DNA of 64,000 nucleotides from Parasitella parasitica NRRL 2501 (taxonomy: Eukaryota; Fungi; Mucoromycota): contig MU619338.1 in assembly GCA_025201805.1 (NCBI GenBank), forward strand, positions 7,894 to 71,893. Reading direction: 5' to 3'. Below are positions 26,531 through 38,493 of the stretch, in pieces. Within the stretch, counting starts at the first letter, position 1; each line of letters begins with the position of its first letter. Below the pieces are notes generated by a model, which saw nothing but the letters and a program-made list of their open reading frames with translations, was not told the DNA's origin and made no database searches. Position numbers and translations under genes: made by a program.

Positions 26531-27417
26531 TATATGTAGAAAAATAAACTGAAAAGGACAAGTGAAATATTTTCAAGGCGAATCAAACTAAATCTATTGC
26601 AACTCAGTGAGAAAGGGCCAACAATGCTTGCAACGTTTAGTGCGCCTGATGGTAACGTAAATCTCTGTTATTCTTCTTTTCTTCGACATTTTTTATATCT
26701 GTACAATGTTATAACAAGTAAACGCAAATACCGTCTGCTTCTATAACAAAAGACAAACAACGTAACATTGAAATATGTACCTCCTACTATTTACTAGCTG
26801 ATGAATACTCACTTCAAAGTACCAGTTTGCCAATATAAACCCATCTTTCTACCCGTTCGATTTTGTATCATATATCTTCTGTTTTTTTTTAACCAAATGT
26901 TCTGTAATAGCGTATGATATTTCGTTAGCAACTTTGGGAGAGACAGTTCTTTGAGTTTACTTGTAATACTTGTAGTTTGAATATTGTATTGCTAACAGCT
27001 TCTTCTTTGATTAAATGCTTCACCAGAGCTTTCATTTTCTTGTGGCTTTATTTAATTAGAAACATGTCATCTATGTCTCGATTATATTTGATAGTCTTCA
27101 GTTGCTTGCCTTTCAATTTATCAATCCGCATATCAATTCGTTTTACTTGTTAAAAAGCTTTGTGTTGGGAAGAGCAATATTAATACGAGACATTTTAAGC
27201 TGAATAAGGGTTTCCTATGTATCTAAGATTGCTTTTATTAAACATGTTACGGTGAAAGTCCTTGTATAACGCCTGTAAATTGTTTGAAACACATCTTCGC
27301 CAACAACCAACACATATTAGCAGTTTAGAGGAGGGTACTACAGAATACAGTAAGGTCAGGTAATGTAACATAATATTTGCAAAATCTTGTCCTTGATGAT
27401 GATCGACAAAATAAATC

Positions 27418-30400
27418 TTATTTCAAATTCATTTTCTTCTTTATCGAGCTGGTACTTGTAGACGTTGAAGGTGTATTGATAACCAGGGTCGGCAGCGGCT
27501 CAATAGTCGACTCATCCGTGATTAGTCTTAATCGATGACGAGTAGTCGTCGATAAGGATATCAGATCATCTGCTTTTGCAGCTGTGGCAGTAATATCATC
27601 CGTTCTGAATTTTTCAGATCCTTCCCAGGGAAAGCTCAAAAAGTCATGCTCCAGTTGCTCTGTTTGCATCAAATCTGTCCAATAACGGTCAGCTTGATTC
27701 CACGGTAAATCTGATTCTACTTTCTTTGCATAACATAGCTGTAATCTGTGTGTATTATAATGCGATGGTAGTTGGTGAATATCACCCATAAGACTGCTTA
27801 GATTTTCATTGCCAAGCCATAGCCACATGGCATAATAAAGCTGTTGTAGCACCTCGGCACCAAGCACTGTATGACCCGAGGTAACCTTATGGTTGAAGCT
27901 ATTGTCGCCATTTTTTGTCATCGTAGCAGTAGCAGCAGTAACGCTTATCTTTTGTCCGTAATATGTTTGTACGCTAGCAATGTAGTCCCGTAATTTAGTT
28001 GTCAGCTCGTTCTTTTTGTTAAAGCATATGCTGCCTAACGTAACCTGATCGTTTATGTTTAGATAGTACAAGCTAAAGAACATTTGTAGATAGAGTGGTA
28101 GCAGAGGATGATCCACTGGCATGACGACAATGTGTTGCAACCACCGATAAATAGTCAAATACTCTAGTGGTTTCTGTTGAGATGTCAGCCTGTATATGGA
28201 TGCAAGATCAATAGACGGTTTGAGTTGCTCTTGTTCATGTGCTGTTGTGCTTGTTGATAATTGCTCGGTAATCAGGCTGCACAGCTCTTGTCGGAACGAG
28301 GCTTCATTGATGGTTTCCATGACAAGAACTTCAAATGCAAACCAGTGGCAGTTCTGCTCAACGCCCGGGCCTTTGCTCGCCTTCAACATGGACCATTCAC
28401 CAGTAAGTAATGAAGCGTAAGGACCCCCATCAGACACAACCATGTTTTTAATGAAGCGTGTCAAGCGAGGGGAACTAGCCGATTGCAGCAGTTTCGTACT
28501 CTTCATCCGTTTGTGCTCCTCAAGCAGCATCTGGTACACCATGCCATGTCGATAGAGGATGGATGCAAACTTGCACAGACTATCTACGACACTTACATAG
28601 CCACTGTGCCACATCCAGTCTGATTTCCGAAACGCGGTTTTGAGCCATGAATGCAATACTAAATCCACGTAGGAAAACCCTTTGCCATTTTCGTCCATCA
28701 AGTCGCTTACAGAGTCAATGAGATGAGCATGCCAAACATGGGAGCCAATAATGAGGTCAATGCCAGTGTTTGCGGTACCTTTGTGCATCTTTGCCGCTAC
28801 CTTGGCCAGCATTGGATCCGTCTTCAGCTCAATCAGGTGCTTGAAGAAGTCAGACAAACTTTCGTCGTTGAAAAAGTCATCGCCATGCATATAAACAAAG
28901 GAGGGTATCATCTCGCTAAATGCGTGTATCACGGCTTCAGGCTTTCCTCTTTTCAGAATGACCAACAGTTTCATCCAGCCGTCATTTGACTCGAACCGCA
29001 AAAAGTGTCGACTGGTTACAGAGAGCATAAACGATATGTAAATCAAAAGAGCACTGTGTGATGAGGACACATTGTTGTAGCTGTTGAGCACAAGCTTGAG
29101 AAAGGATATTGTGATTGAATTTTCAATATCGCTGGCTCGTGGAGATACAGGGCAATCGTACAGCTTAAGTTGGATGGCAACTGACCAGGCCCAGTTGATG
29201 ATATCGCTTGCTGTGTTTCGGTTGCTGCTATTGTTGCCACTACTGCCGCCGCCGGTTATGTTGTTGTCATAGGTCGACTTTAATAGCTGAATTTGGTCTG
29301 CTATAGGCAAATAAGTAGAAACTGCAGTGGTTACCGTGCCAACCAGCTCAATAGCGCCTTTATTTTCGCTAGTATTTGCGTTCGTATCAGGCAAAGGCTG
29401 AAACTGTTGACATGCATCAAGCAAAATAAAGGCGACTTCCTCGTGTATATCGTAATTGAGAAACGGCAACTTTCGGCTGTGCCATGGTTGAGATTTGGAA
29501 GAATGAGGGTCGACAGAAGCGCAGTGGTAGCCATAATTCAAGTGCTGAAGGATGTATTTTGCAAGTTGGACCTGTGCAGTCTGTTGCGATGTCATAGCTG
29601 TGGCCTTGGAAGCAGAAGACATCAGCTTGTGCAATAGCTTCAAATCATTTTTTAAAACAATCCAATTATCCAAGTTCAGAGAGTGGAATAGGTAGAGTGC
29701 CATACGCTCCATGGTGGCAATGTGCTCTACAGTCCATCGAAATAAAAGCGAGACAATGAAAGGATGGCTCTTGCAGATGAGTCCAAAATGGTCTCGCGCA
29801 TCCTTATAGAAAACTTCGCGCAGGTTTTTATCGACAAAGGCAACTGTAAACAAGGTGTATGATATCACAGCGACTATGCAAGCGGATAGAGTGCTCTTGG
29901 GATCGTTGACTGCGCTGATTTCGTCGACGCCTGATGGGATACAAGTAGCAATGTTGGTCAAGCAATTCAGCATGAAGAAGCCTTGGATTTGGCTATCGTT
30001 CAGTTCGTACAGGAAGCGAGTGATATTCGGTAGATGGTCGTCGAGGACCTGATTGATAGAGCAGGGCGGTGGTGTGGCATTCTTCAGCTGTAAAATGCGC
30101 GCAGTAACAAGCCATAGTGCGTCAATCGAGAGTGCCTTGAAGGGTATATTTGGCAAAAAGAACCATCCGCCATTGTCTTTTAAATCGTAAAATCCAAAAA
30201 TCAGTTGACTTAGAAACGTGTCCACTTGATCTTGACATTCCCACCCTTTTTCAGCAACTGTGTCGACTAGCAGGATGGCTATTTGAGTGATTGTCTGGGC
30301 CAGTCTTTTGACTAGGTTACTCATGTTTTTAGATCGAAGAATAGCCTGCATTAATTTATCTCTTAGAGTCTGGCTGAAATTTAGAACAGTGCCAAAAGGC

Positions 30401-31176
30401 TCTTTTTCTGGATCCACGGATTCTGTCAGTTTGCTATAGTTAAAGTCGACTGCCAGCTGATCAAAGACCCCAAGAAAGTCGTCCTCAGTCCATGTCCACT
30501 CTTTCGGCTGTATAAAAATGATATCTAGTGCGTCAAGCAATTCGTTGGCATGGCCCATGTTTTCTGCATTGAACTGTATAAGGGGGATCGCCCATGATAA
30601 AACATCGGATGTGGTAGTCAAAAGTGCAAGGATCTTTTTGTGTTCGCTAAAGCCACCGAGACGAAGATAGATGGTGACAATATGAATGATCCAGTCATGC
30701 AGTTGAGTCGTGTAGCCTTTGATTTTAACCTGTTCCTGATCCACCGCAAGCAATGTAGAGATCAGCTTCATCAGGCACTTTTTATCGTCAAATCTTTTCT
30801 GGTCATTATTGAAGAGCAGTGTGTTGCTTTGTAGTTCTGTCCGAGAAAACAGTGTCCATATGGTATTGTCGATGTAGGATTGCACTGCTGACTTGGTTGC
30901 TTTTGTCTCGGCCAGCCTCTTTGTGAGCACAGTGTCAACATCTAGTTTGAGTTTATGAATAATCTGATTTAGCTTCTCATCTATCTCCTCTTTCTTGCTA
31001 TCGCTATTGCTTTTGGAGGAGACTGTAGATGTCGATGTTGATGTTGATGTTGAAGAGAAATGGTGCGCGATAACTTGTTCAGAAGAATTTACGGTTTCAA
31101 TCTTATCATTTATCTCTTGCAATTCTTGACAAGCAATCTTGTATTTATAAACTAGAGAATTCAGTTCCTTGTCCAT
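27418..31176 (-). CDS. EPG5: EPG5-like autophagy protein (single 1252-aa ORF)
   Basis: Helical protein with TEDDFLGVFDQL, LYLFHSLNLDNW and IYRWLQHIVVMPVDHPLLPLYLQMFFSLY, matching remembered EPG5 motifs. Confidence 0.75.
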   Translation of the reverse strand: MDKELNSLVYKYKIACQELQEINDKIETVNSSEQVIAHHFSSTSTSTSTSTVSSKSNSDSKKEEIDEKLNQIIHKLKLDVDTVLTKRLAETKATKSAVQSYIDNTIWTLFSRTELQSNTLLFNNDQKRFDDKKCLMKLISTLLAVDQEQVKIKGYTTQLHDWIIHIVTIYLRLGGFSEHKKILALLTTTSDVLSWAIPLIQFNAENMGHANELLDALDIIFIQPKEWTWTEDDFLGVFDQLAVDFNYSKLTESVDPEKEPFGTVLNFSQTLRDKLMQAILRSKNMSNLVKRLAQTITQIAILLVDTVAEKGWECQDQVDTFLSQLIFGFYDLKDNGGWFFLPNIPFKALSIDALWLVTARILQLKNATPPPCSINQVLDDHLPNITRFLYELNDSQIQGFFMLNCLTNIATCIPSGVDEISAVNDPKSTLSACIVAVISYTLFTVAFVDKNLREVFYKDARDHFGLICKSHPFIVSLLFRWTVEHIATMERMALYLFHSLNLDNWIVLKNDLKLLHKLMSSASKATAMTSQQTAQVQLAKYILQHLNYGYHCASVDPHSSKSQPWHSRKLPFLNYDIHEEVAFILLDACQQFQPLPDTNANTSENKGAIELVGTVTTAVSTYLPIADQIQLLKSTYDNNITGGGSSGNNSSNRNTASDIINWAWSVAIQLKLYDCPVSPRASDIENSITISFLKLVLNSYNNVSSSHSALLIYISFMLSVTSRHFLRFESNDGWMKLLVILKRGKPEAVIHAFSEMIPSFVYMHGDDFFNDESLSDFFKHLIELKTDPMLAKVAAKMHKGTANTGIDLIIGSHVWHAHLIDSVSDLMDENGKGFSYVDLVLHSWLKTAFRKSDWMWHSGYVSVVDSLCKFASILYRHGMVYQMLLEEHKRMKSTKLLQSASSPRLTRFIKNMVVSDGGPYASLLTGEWSMLKASKGPGVEQNCHWFAFEVLVMETINEASFRQELCSLITEQLSTSTTAHEQEQLKPSIDLASIYRLTSQQKPLEYLTIYRWLQHIVVMPVDHPLLPLYLQMFFSLYYLNINDQVTLGSICFNKKNELTTKLRDYIASVQTYYGQKISVTAATATMTKNGDNSFNHKVTSGHTVLGAEVLQQLYYAMWLWLGNENLSSLMGDIHQLPSHYNTHRLQLCYAKKVESDLPWNQADRYWTDLMQTEQLEHDFLSFPWEGSEKFRTDDITATAAKADDLISLSTTTRHRLRLITDESTIEPLPTLVINTPSTSTSTSSIKKKMNLK

Positions 31177-31549
31177 CTATTTTACAAGCAGATTAGCCCT
31201 CACAAATGTCTGGTAATTCATATCTAGTTACTTTTTCGAGTGTACAGAAACAAAAAGAGAGCAAGTTGCGTCATATACTGTAAAAAGAGGGCAGGTATCT
31301 TGAACAGCGTGCTTTTAAATATCACGGTGGTGGTAGTGATTAGAGGCAGCAATTAGGGGTGATAAGCCAGTGTGTGTAATATTTGTATATGTGATAGTGT
31401 AATGGAGATGCTACAATATTCTAAATAAGGATTCTTTTGCGACCATAAACTATTTAATAAACAGGAACATTTAAATAAAGGATTTTTACACAGATCTTTT
31501 GCTTCTCTTTTCCTTTCCTACTCTATCCTTTTATTGTCTGCACTAGAAA

Positions 31550-34500
31550 ATGCCTCATCTTACGACGTATTCGTTTTGTGTTGAAAATAACGCCCATTCC
31601 GCAATACTTCGTGACCGACTGAAATCGCTACATCCGCATCTACATTCCGTCTATTTGAACCATAGTAGCCAGGCCAGCTGTATTACCATTTCAGGCACCA
31701 ACAGCGATATAGTAACTGCAAAAAGCGACCTGATCAAACTACAGGCTATTGNNNNNNNNNNNNNNNNNNNNAAAAAAAAAAAAAAAAAAAAAAAACTCTT
31801 GGGCTATGCATTACACATGAATACTCATCAAAAATAACATAGATAACGCTCTCAATTCATTCATTATACCCTGGTTTAGCCTACCGAAGCATCGCTAGAA
31901 ACAATCTACATGAACAATTAAAAGTGATTGCCATCCAGAATAACATCCAAATTGTAGTAGACTACAGCCAAATTGCTATTCGACTGATTGGGTCTATCGA
32001 TAAAATAGAGTTAGCGCGTATCGATGTACTGCTGTTTTTTGATCATCTAGTAATGTAACAGTCCATCTAAGATTGAAAATCCATGTCATATTAATAACTC
32101 AAGTAGCTGGGCTTGTCTGCGAGTAGTCTAAACATACCTCTCTACACACTGAATATTCTTGGAAGCAGAAGACATGCAAACTTCTTGGAAATCATGGAAG
32201 AAACGGGCACACACATCTACTTGCCATCTCCTTGGACCAAATCGACTACCCAGCCAACTTCCACAACAACACCTGGTGGATCCGAAAGCATCATTCATGT
32301 AACCGGTGACACCACCGAGGCAGTACAGAGAGCGACAATGTTACTAGCGAAATCGCTCCCTCAAAAGGTATCTTCTATAAAAACAAATAACCTTAAAAAA
32401 GCTCTAATGATATCAATGTGATTATTAGGTTAAAACGATGTGTAACTCCCAATCTATACTAAACCCCCGAAAAAGGGATTGGTTATTATTGTACAAAAAA
32501 GAGGAGTTGACGAAAATGATGAGAGATAATGGTAAAAACGAAAAAAAGAAAAAGAAAAGAGCAGTGTTTGAATGTAGACGACAGTGTAACAAACTAATCA
32601 TTGTACATTGGATAGGTTCATATATAGCATTTCCTCCTTTTGGCTCCGAGAATTCAACCCAAATTCAAGTATTTGCCGAAAACAGCATCAACATTGAAAG
32701 GACATTGAGAACTTTAAATTACCTGGTTCGTGTGTTAGTTTAGCGCATTCAGAAACCGAAGCTTACATCTATCCGCAATAGACTAGTCATATATTTCAAG
32801 CCGTCATCTATGTTAATACTGTACAGCCAACTGAAATGGTTGTTCGCTTAGCCCAAGATTCTGGTGCCCAAGTTATGTACCGGACAGATTTCAATCAATA
32901 TGAAATCACTGGTTCGAAAGAGCAGATACAGGGCATAGTACGAATAATCAAAAGCTTGCCTATTTCGCAAGTATGTAAATTATCTGACGAAACACTGCAA
33001 TGCACCATAATCTAATATGCGTCATTTAAATGTACAGGAACACCACAAGTCTGTAATGTTCTCTATTGAATTAGCTTTGGATCAGAGAGAGTTCATTAGC
33101 GGGAAAAAGAATGGAAAGATCAACAAGATAATGAAATCGTGCGATGCAGACATACAGTTTCAAGCATTCAACGACTATAATTTTGTCATCACCATCGAGA
33201 GCGAAGACTTTTTCAAAGCAAAAGACGGGTTGGACTCGCTACAGAACGAATTGCCCGCTGAAATATCGTTCTTTGTGCCTGAAATTTGTCATCGTCGCAT
33301 AATTGGCGTCGCAGGGAAAAACATTCAGAGCGTTATGAAACAATATGGAGTTTATGTGAAATTCTCGAGTAACGACGAACTAGCAACATTAGGTGGATAT
33401 TTTGAAAACGAACACAATGTGATCGCTAGGACACCCGAAAAGAATATTCACAGTCTGCTCAAACTAAAGGCTGCAGTCATGGAATTCATTACATTTCAAA
33501 AGGACCGAGACTATGTTTCCCGATCAGAATACGTGCCTTATTTTGCACAAAGGAATTTGTTGTATCAGAACGGAAAATACTTGCGCGACAAAGGAAGGCT
33601 GTACAACTCCAAGATTACATGGCCCGAAAGAAATGGAACAGACCATGTGCTCATCACAGGCCCCCAATCTCACATTGAAGAGATGCAACTGAGAATACAG
33701 AGCTTGCTGCCGCAGTACCTTGAAATCCAAGTGCCTGCTTCTGTTGTGCTAGAAAATATATTGAAATCAGTCGATATCGAAGAGCTGCAGCTGAAGTTGC
33801 ATTCCAAAACAAAGATATTCCTAGTTTTACCTGATAATTCGACCATGACAGCTGCTATGGCTATTGAAGAAGAAGACGAAATCGATGATCCTTTGTTTAG
33901 AGTTGAAGGCCGAAACACCAATGCAGCCTTTTACGACTATAGAGTGTTAACTTTCAAGTTGTGTTACGATGCTAACTCAAAGAGTCAGTTAGAAACAGCA
34001 AGACACATGTTTGATACATTTATGACTTGCCGGTTTGTGCCTGTGGATGACACACTTCATAACACTACTTTAAATGGATCTCCTAGCCCAGAAGATATGC
34101 GTCATATCAGTCCATCTGTGATGCATCATATTGATTACCCCGAGTCTTGTAAGTGTCAAAGCAACAATACAAATTTACCTTGTCTAATTAATCATCTCAG
34201 ATGAGCAGCAGCAACAGCAACAGCAGCAGCAACATAGTCAAGGCAACTTCTTTTCAAACAAAAAACTGCCATCGAAATTAAAACAGCAATCGCCAACTGA
34301 CTTCTTTGTGTCCAATCCTCCTGATAGTCAATCTAGCAAGTCCACATCTACTGCATATGATCGACATCAAGAAAAACCTTCTTCAAAGGAAGAATTCAAC
34401 GTCTGGTCCAATAAGCCTTCTCACTCTGTAAGCGATATGTACATAAGAATACGTGAACGTGCATATGTTAATCGTTTTAAATTATAGAATGAACCGTTAC

Positions 34501-35220
34501 GATTCTCTCTGTCTAACATACCATCCACAAAATCATCTCAATTCTACTACCCTAGGCCTGAGTTAAAACCAAACTATTCGACTAGTTCTGCTAATTTGTA
34601 TCATCAAGATTCATATAATTCATTCTACCAATATGGACGTAATAATACTACAGCACAACACCCACTGCAGCAACATCAGCAGCAACGTCAACAGCAACAA
34701 CAGCAACATCAGCAGCAGCAACAACAACAACAACAACAACAAAAACAACAACAACAACAACAACAGCAGCAGCAGCAAAGTGAATATGTTGCCTCCACTT
34801 CATTTGTGCCTGTAGGTTATTCAAGACAGAGAAGCACTTCATTAATACCATCTGGGCAGCACTATCCAAATCCAAGCGTGCTGATTAACCAACAGGCTTC
34901 GTCGTCACCCGGTACCTTTGGCTCGTATCCTTCTTTTAACTTGCCTACTCCCACATCAAGAATTGGCATTGGGTCCCTTAATACAATGAGTAGCAATGAT
35001 CTTCATCAGTACAACAACTCAAGATTTTACCCTCTCGACAGTGCGTATCGCCAAAAGTAATATGTTATCCTTTCTAACACAACTATCTATCTATACAGCA
35101 GGAAAGAGTCCTTCAAGCTCGCTTAGTACGCCTATCCCAATTGCAGTTAATAGCAGCGGCAATACTATTGATAATGTAACAATGCAATCTATGCATTCAC
35201 ATAGATTTAACTATTATTAA
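31550..35220 (+). CDS. Multi-KH-domain RNA-binding protein (Mug60/YLL032C-like) with polyQ C-terminal region
   Basis: REFISGKKNGKINKIMK, HRRIIGVAGKNIQSVMKQYGVYVKF and NVIARTPEKN; multi-exon. Exon boundaries near the gap and 3' end are approximate. Confidence 0.85.
31752..31771. other. Assembly gap (20 N) within first intron of the KH gene
   Basis: N characters. Confidence 1.
34666..34779 (+). repeat. CAA/CAG trinucleotide repeat encoding polyglutamine
   Basis: Direct inspection; in frame within the KH gene. Confidence 0.95.
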
Positions 35221-35605
35221 TATACCCCTTATATATCTTATCCTATCTGAATACCCATGTACGTTATACCATACATATATAGTGTGCTGCCTATTCTACA
35301 TGGCTTGTTATAATTATAACGCAACTTTTGTATTACATTTTATAATTTTTTTTGCCAAGTAGTCTAGTATCGTACTTTTGGTTGTCCATGGCAGAAATCC
35401 TTATTAGGAACAAGCTTGCTGTGAAAAAAGACAGTAAAGATCGTCAATGATACGGCATTGTATGGAAGGAGCGGTATGCGCCACTTTGAGAACAGTGAGC
35501 TGACATACTATATGCAGTAGGGCACAAACACATGATAAAAAAAGCAATTTCTTAAAGTATCTATTACAGTATTGCTATTTTATTGTTTTAATGTATCATT
35601 GCGCG

Positions 35606-37753
35606 CTAAACATGCGCAGCAGCTCGCCATGCTTTCTCTAATTGAAACAACTCGTTTGCATACTCAGGGCTTGGCAAAGAAGTAGATTGCCAATCTGATT
35701 CTAAAAAGCTGCTGGCACGACCATGAACCTGCGATTCCATCTTTACCAGCTCAGATATAAAACCAATATTAGGAGACATATTAGGCCTTGCCCTAATAAC
35801 ATGGCGGTATGCCTTCTTGAGCGTCCATCGTTCCGAAGTAACCAAGTAGGCCAATATAGCTGTAATAGAGCGGGATTTTCCCGCTTTGCAATGTACATAA
35901 ATTGGCTCGTGGTTCTTTTTTGCCTCCTCTAAAATGGAATAGAATGACTTGAGACTTTATTACTATGAGGCTGCAGATGACTTACCTATAAACTGTACTG
36001 CTTCCATCATGACAAGTTCAATGTTTTTCATTTCCAACGTATCACGAGCAGCGATTTTGTGATAATGGACAGTGTAGCTGCTCAAACCTTCATCTTGACA
36101 TTCTTCAGCCATGTTCAGTACGCGTTTGATTCGTCGTTCTTGTATTAACTGCTTTGCTTGTTCGGTAGTTTCAATTTCAGGGCCTACGAATAAAAAGCTT
36201 GGAATGATTTCTGAAATGTTGAAACCAAAATCTGATTCCGTAAGAGGAGAGAAATCTGCTGTCATAACCTCATCGTCTTCTGTAACACGGTTTAACAAAG
36301 CATTGTTTGAGAGGGCACAATCGTTGGCAGTAGGATTATCACTGCTGACAGCAGTAGCAGCAGGAGGAATCGAGGCGGTATCTTGTGGTTGATGTTGAGA
36401 TCTTCTTTCAGCTCTTCGCGCTAGCGCATTTGCATTATTCACACGAGCAGCTTGCGTATCTAAACTGAATAGACTTGTCCGTCTATTAAAATCAATTTTG
36501 GATTCTCCAATGGTATAACTGATAGATCGTTTCGGTATAATATTCTGCTTCGTATTAGCAGCGCCAGCACTACTAGATAAAGGCATATTTGAGGGCAGAG
36601 AAGACTGCTGCGATTGAGGAATCTCGAGCCAATTTTCATGCTGAAGAAATGATTGAAAACCGCCAACTAGATAATATAGTTTGCCTGGGTTTTTTTGATC
36701 GGTTCCAATGTGTCTTTCCAATACATTTAGTAGAGTCCAAGCTTGAGATGTCTGATCGTCTTCTGACATTTCATCATCGTATACAATCCAGACTGTCTTT
36801 TTCTTCTTCTTCTTTTGCTCTGCTTCCACAGCTTTTTGCTCCAGAACTGTCGAAAATTTCTGTGTCAAATGTTGCTTTTTTGAAAGATAGATATCTCGGC
36901 CCTCTGGGGTTGTGATGAAGTTTTGCAGGTTAAAGTTTGCAACCGACCCCCGTTGATATCTCTTGATGAGTAGAGATGGCAAATTAACATTTAACGATCC
37001 TCGGATATGGCATTTCTGATACTCCATGATATTTCGAACGTCAATTAACGTCACCAAATAGCCCTGGCCCAGCTGTTCAGCAGTAAGAAGCTCAATCAGT
37101 TCGTTTGGCTCAATTGGATCTGCTCTTCTTTCCATGGCTTTAAAATGAGACTCAGAATGCGTGCGATTGAGCTTTTGATGAGGTTTTTTTGGAGGAGCTT
37201 GCAAATGCTGGTGACTGATGGATCGATGTGGAACGAGTAAAGGAGGCTGTGCGGTTCCTAATTGAGCCAACAACGCTTTGGTATTATCCTCCAAACCAAT
37301 TAACTTATCCAACTTTGCTAACTGGACAGCAGTTAAACATAGCTCAGCAGTTGTAATATTATTAGGCTTATCGGATGGAAAATGTCCAAATGTGAACGAA
37401 TGTCTATTTACATCCTGAGCAGAGACTAGATGATGGTGCCTTTTGCGGTGTTCTGCTGAATGTCGTTTTCTTTGTCTTGCCATATAAACACTGTCTTTTT
37501 GAGGTGCAGGAAGGGAAGGAGGAGACACTGGGTATTGTGGAAAAGGAGGCTCACTCAGTTCAAGAGTTGCGATATTTGGTAATGACATTGATGGCCTAGG
37601 TTGATTTACAATGTTCACAGTTTCATCTTGTTTTTTCCACTTTTTGGATGAAGTTAGGTTAATTGGGAATCTCTTCAAAATGCTCTTTGCTAAGCTTGAT
37701 TTCTTTTTGTCGTTTGTCGAAGCTGGCTTCCCTCTGTATCTATCAAACAGCAT
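35606..37753 (-). CDS. Dual-specificity (MAP kinase) phosphatase with N-terminal rhodanese domain
   Basis: LIDVRNIMEYQKCHIRGSLNV..LLIKR rhodanese domain; catalytic VHCKAGKSRS, AYLV and SPNIGF; 2 exons. Confidence 0.92.
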
Positions 37754-38493
37754 TTTTGAAGAAAAGAATAAAAAAAAAAAAAAGAAAGGCAAAAGAGAAA
37801 CTGTGCAACTGTACGGATGGTTTACTTTTTGATGATGATAATTTCTTTGTGAGACTTGCAGAATGGCCAAAAGATTTTAAATTTAAATTTGTCTCCTTTG
37901 GTTCTGAGGAAATTTACCTTTTCGTCATGAAAGGAAAATGAGAAAGGAGGTATCGCCTTTTCTTCCTTTCCTCAATTCGATTCCCTAAACCAAACAATTA
38001 CATGCTAATACGTCTCCAATTTTATCCCATCAGAAACCACTGCTTCCTCTGCAACATGAAGGCATCCCCTGGCAAAGAAGATTGTAAAAGATTAAGCAAA
38101 ACATGTTCATTTTTTATTGATTTGATATTTCGTGTAACTTGCCCCTGTACTAAAAAAGTACAGTCAGTACGGTCGGTTCGCAAAATAACAATTGGCTGTT
38201 ACAAAAATAGTAATTGTCGGTTGGTGAAACGTATAAAATCGGTCATTGAAAACAATTTCTTGAAAAAGACAAAATTTCATTTGCCGGTTAGTGTGTGGTT
38301 TCAAAATACAGATGAGTATGGCCTTAATTTGTATGACGTCACACTATTTTTTGCATTCGCCTGATTCACGTAAGATTGTTTCTTGCTATTTCAAGGTATG
38401 TTTAACATTAACAGCTCACATCCCGTTCTTTATCAACCCATTTTATTATTCTAATATATAGAAGCCATCAAAAGTGAATTATGTTTTCAGGTT

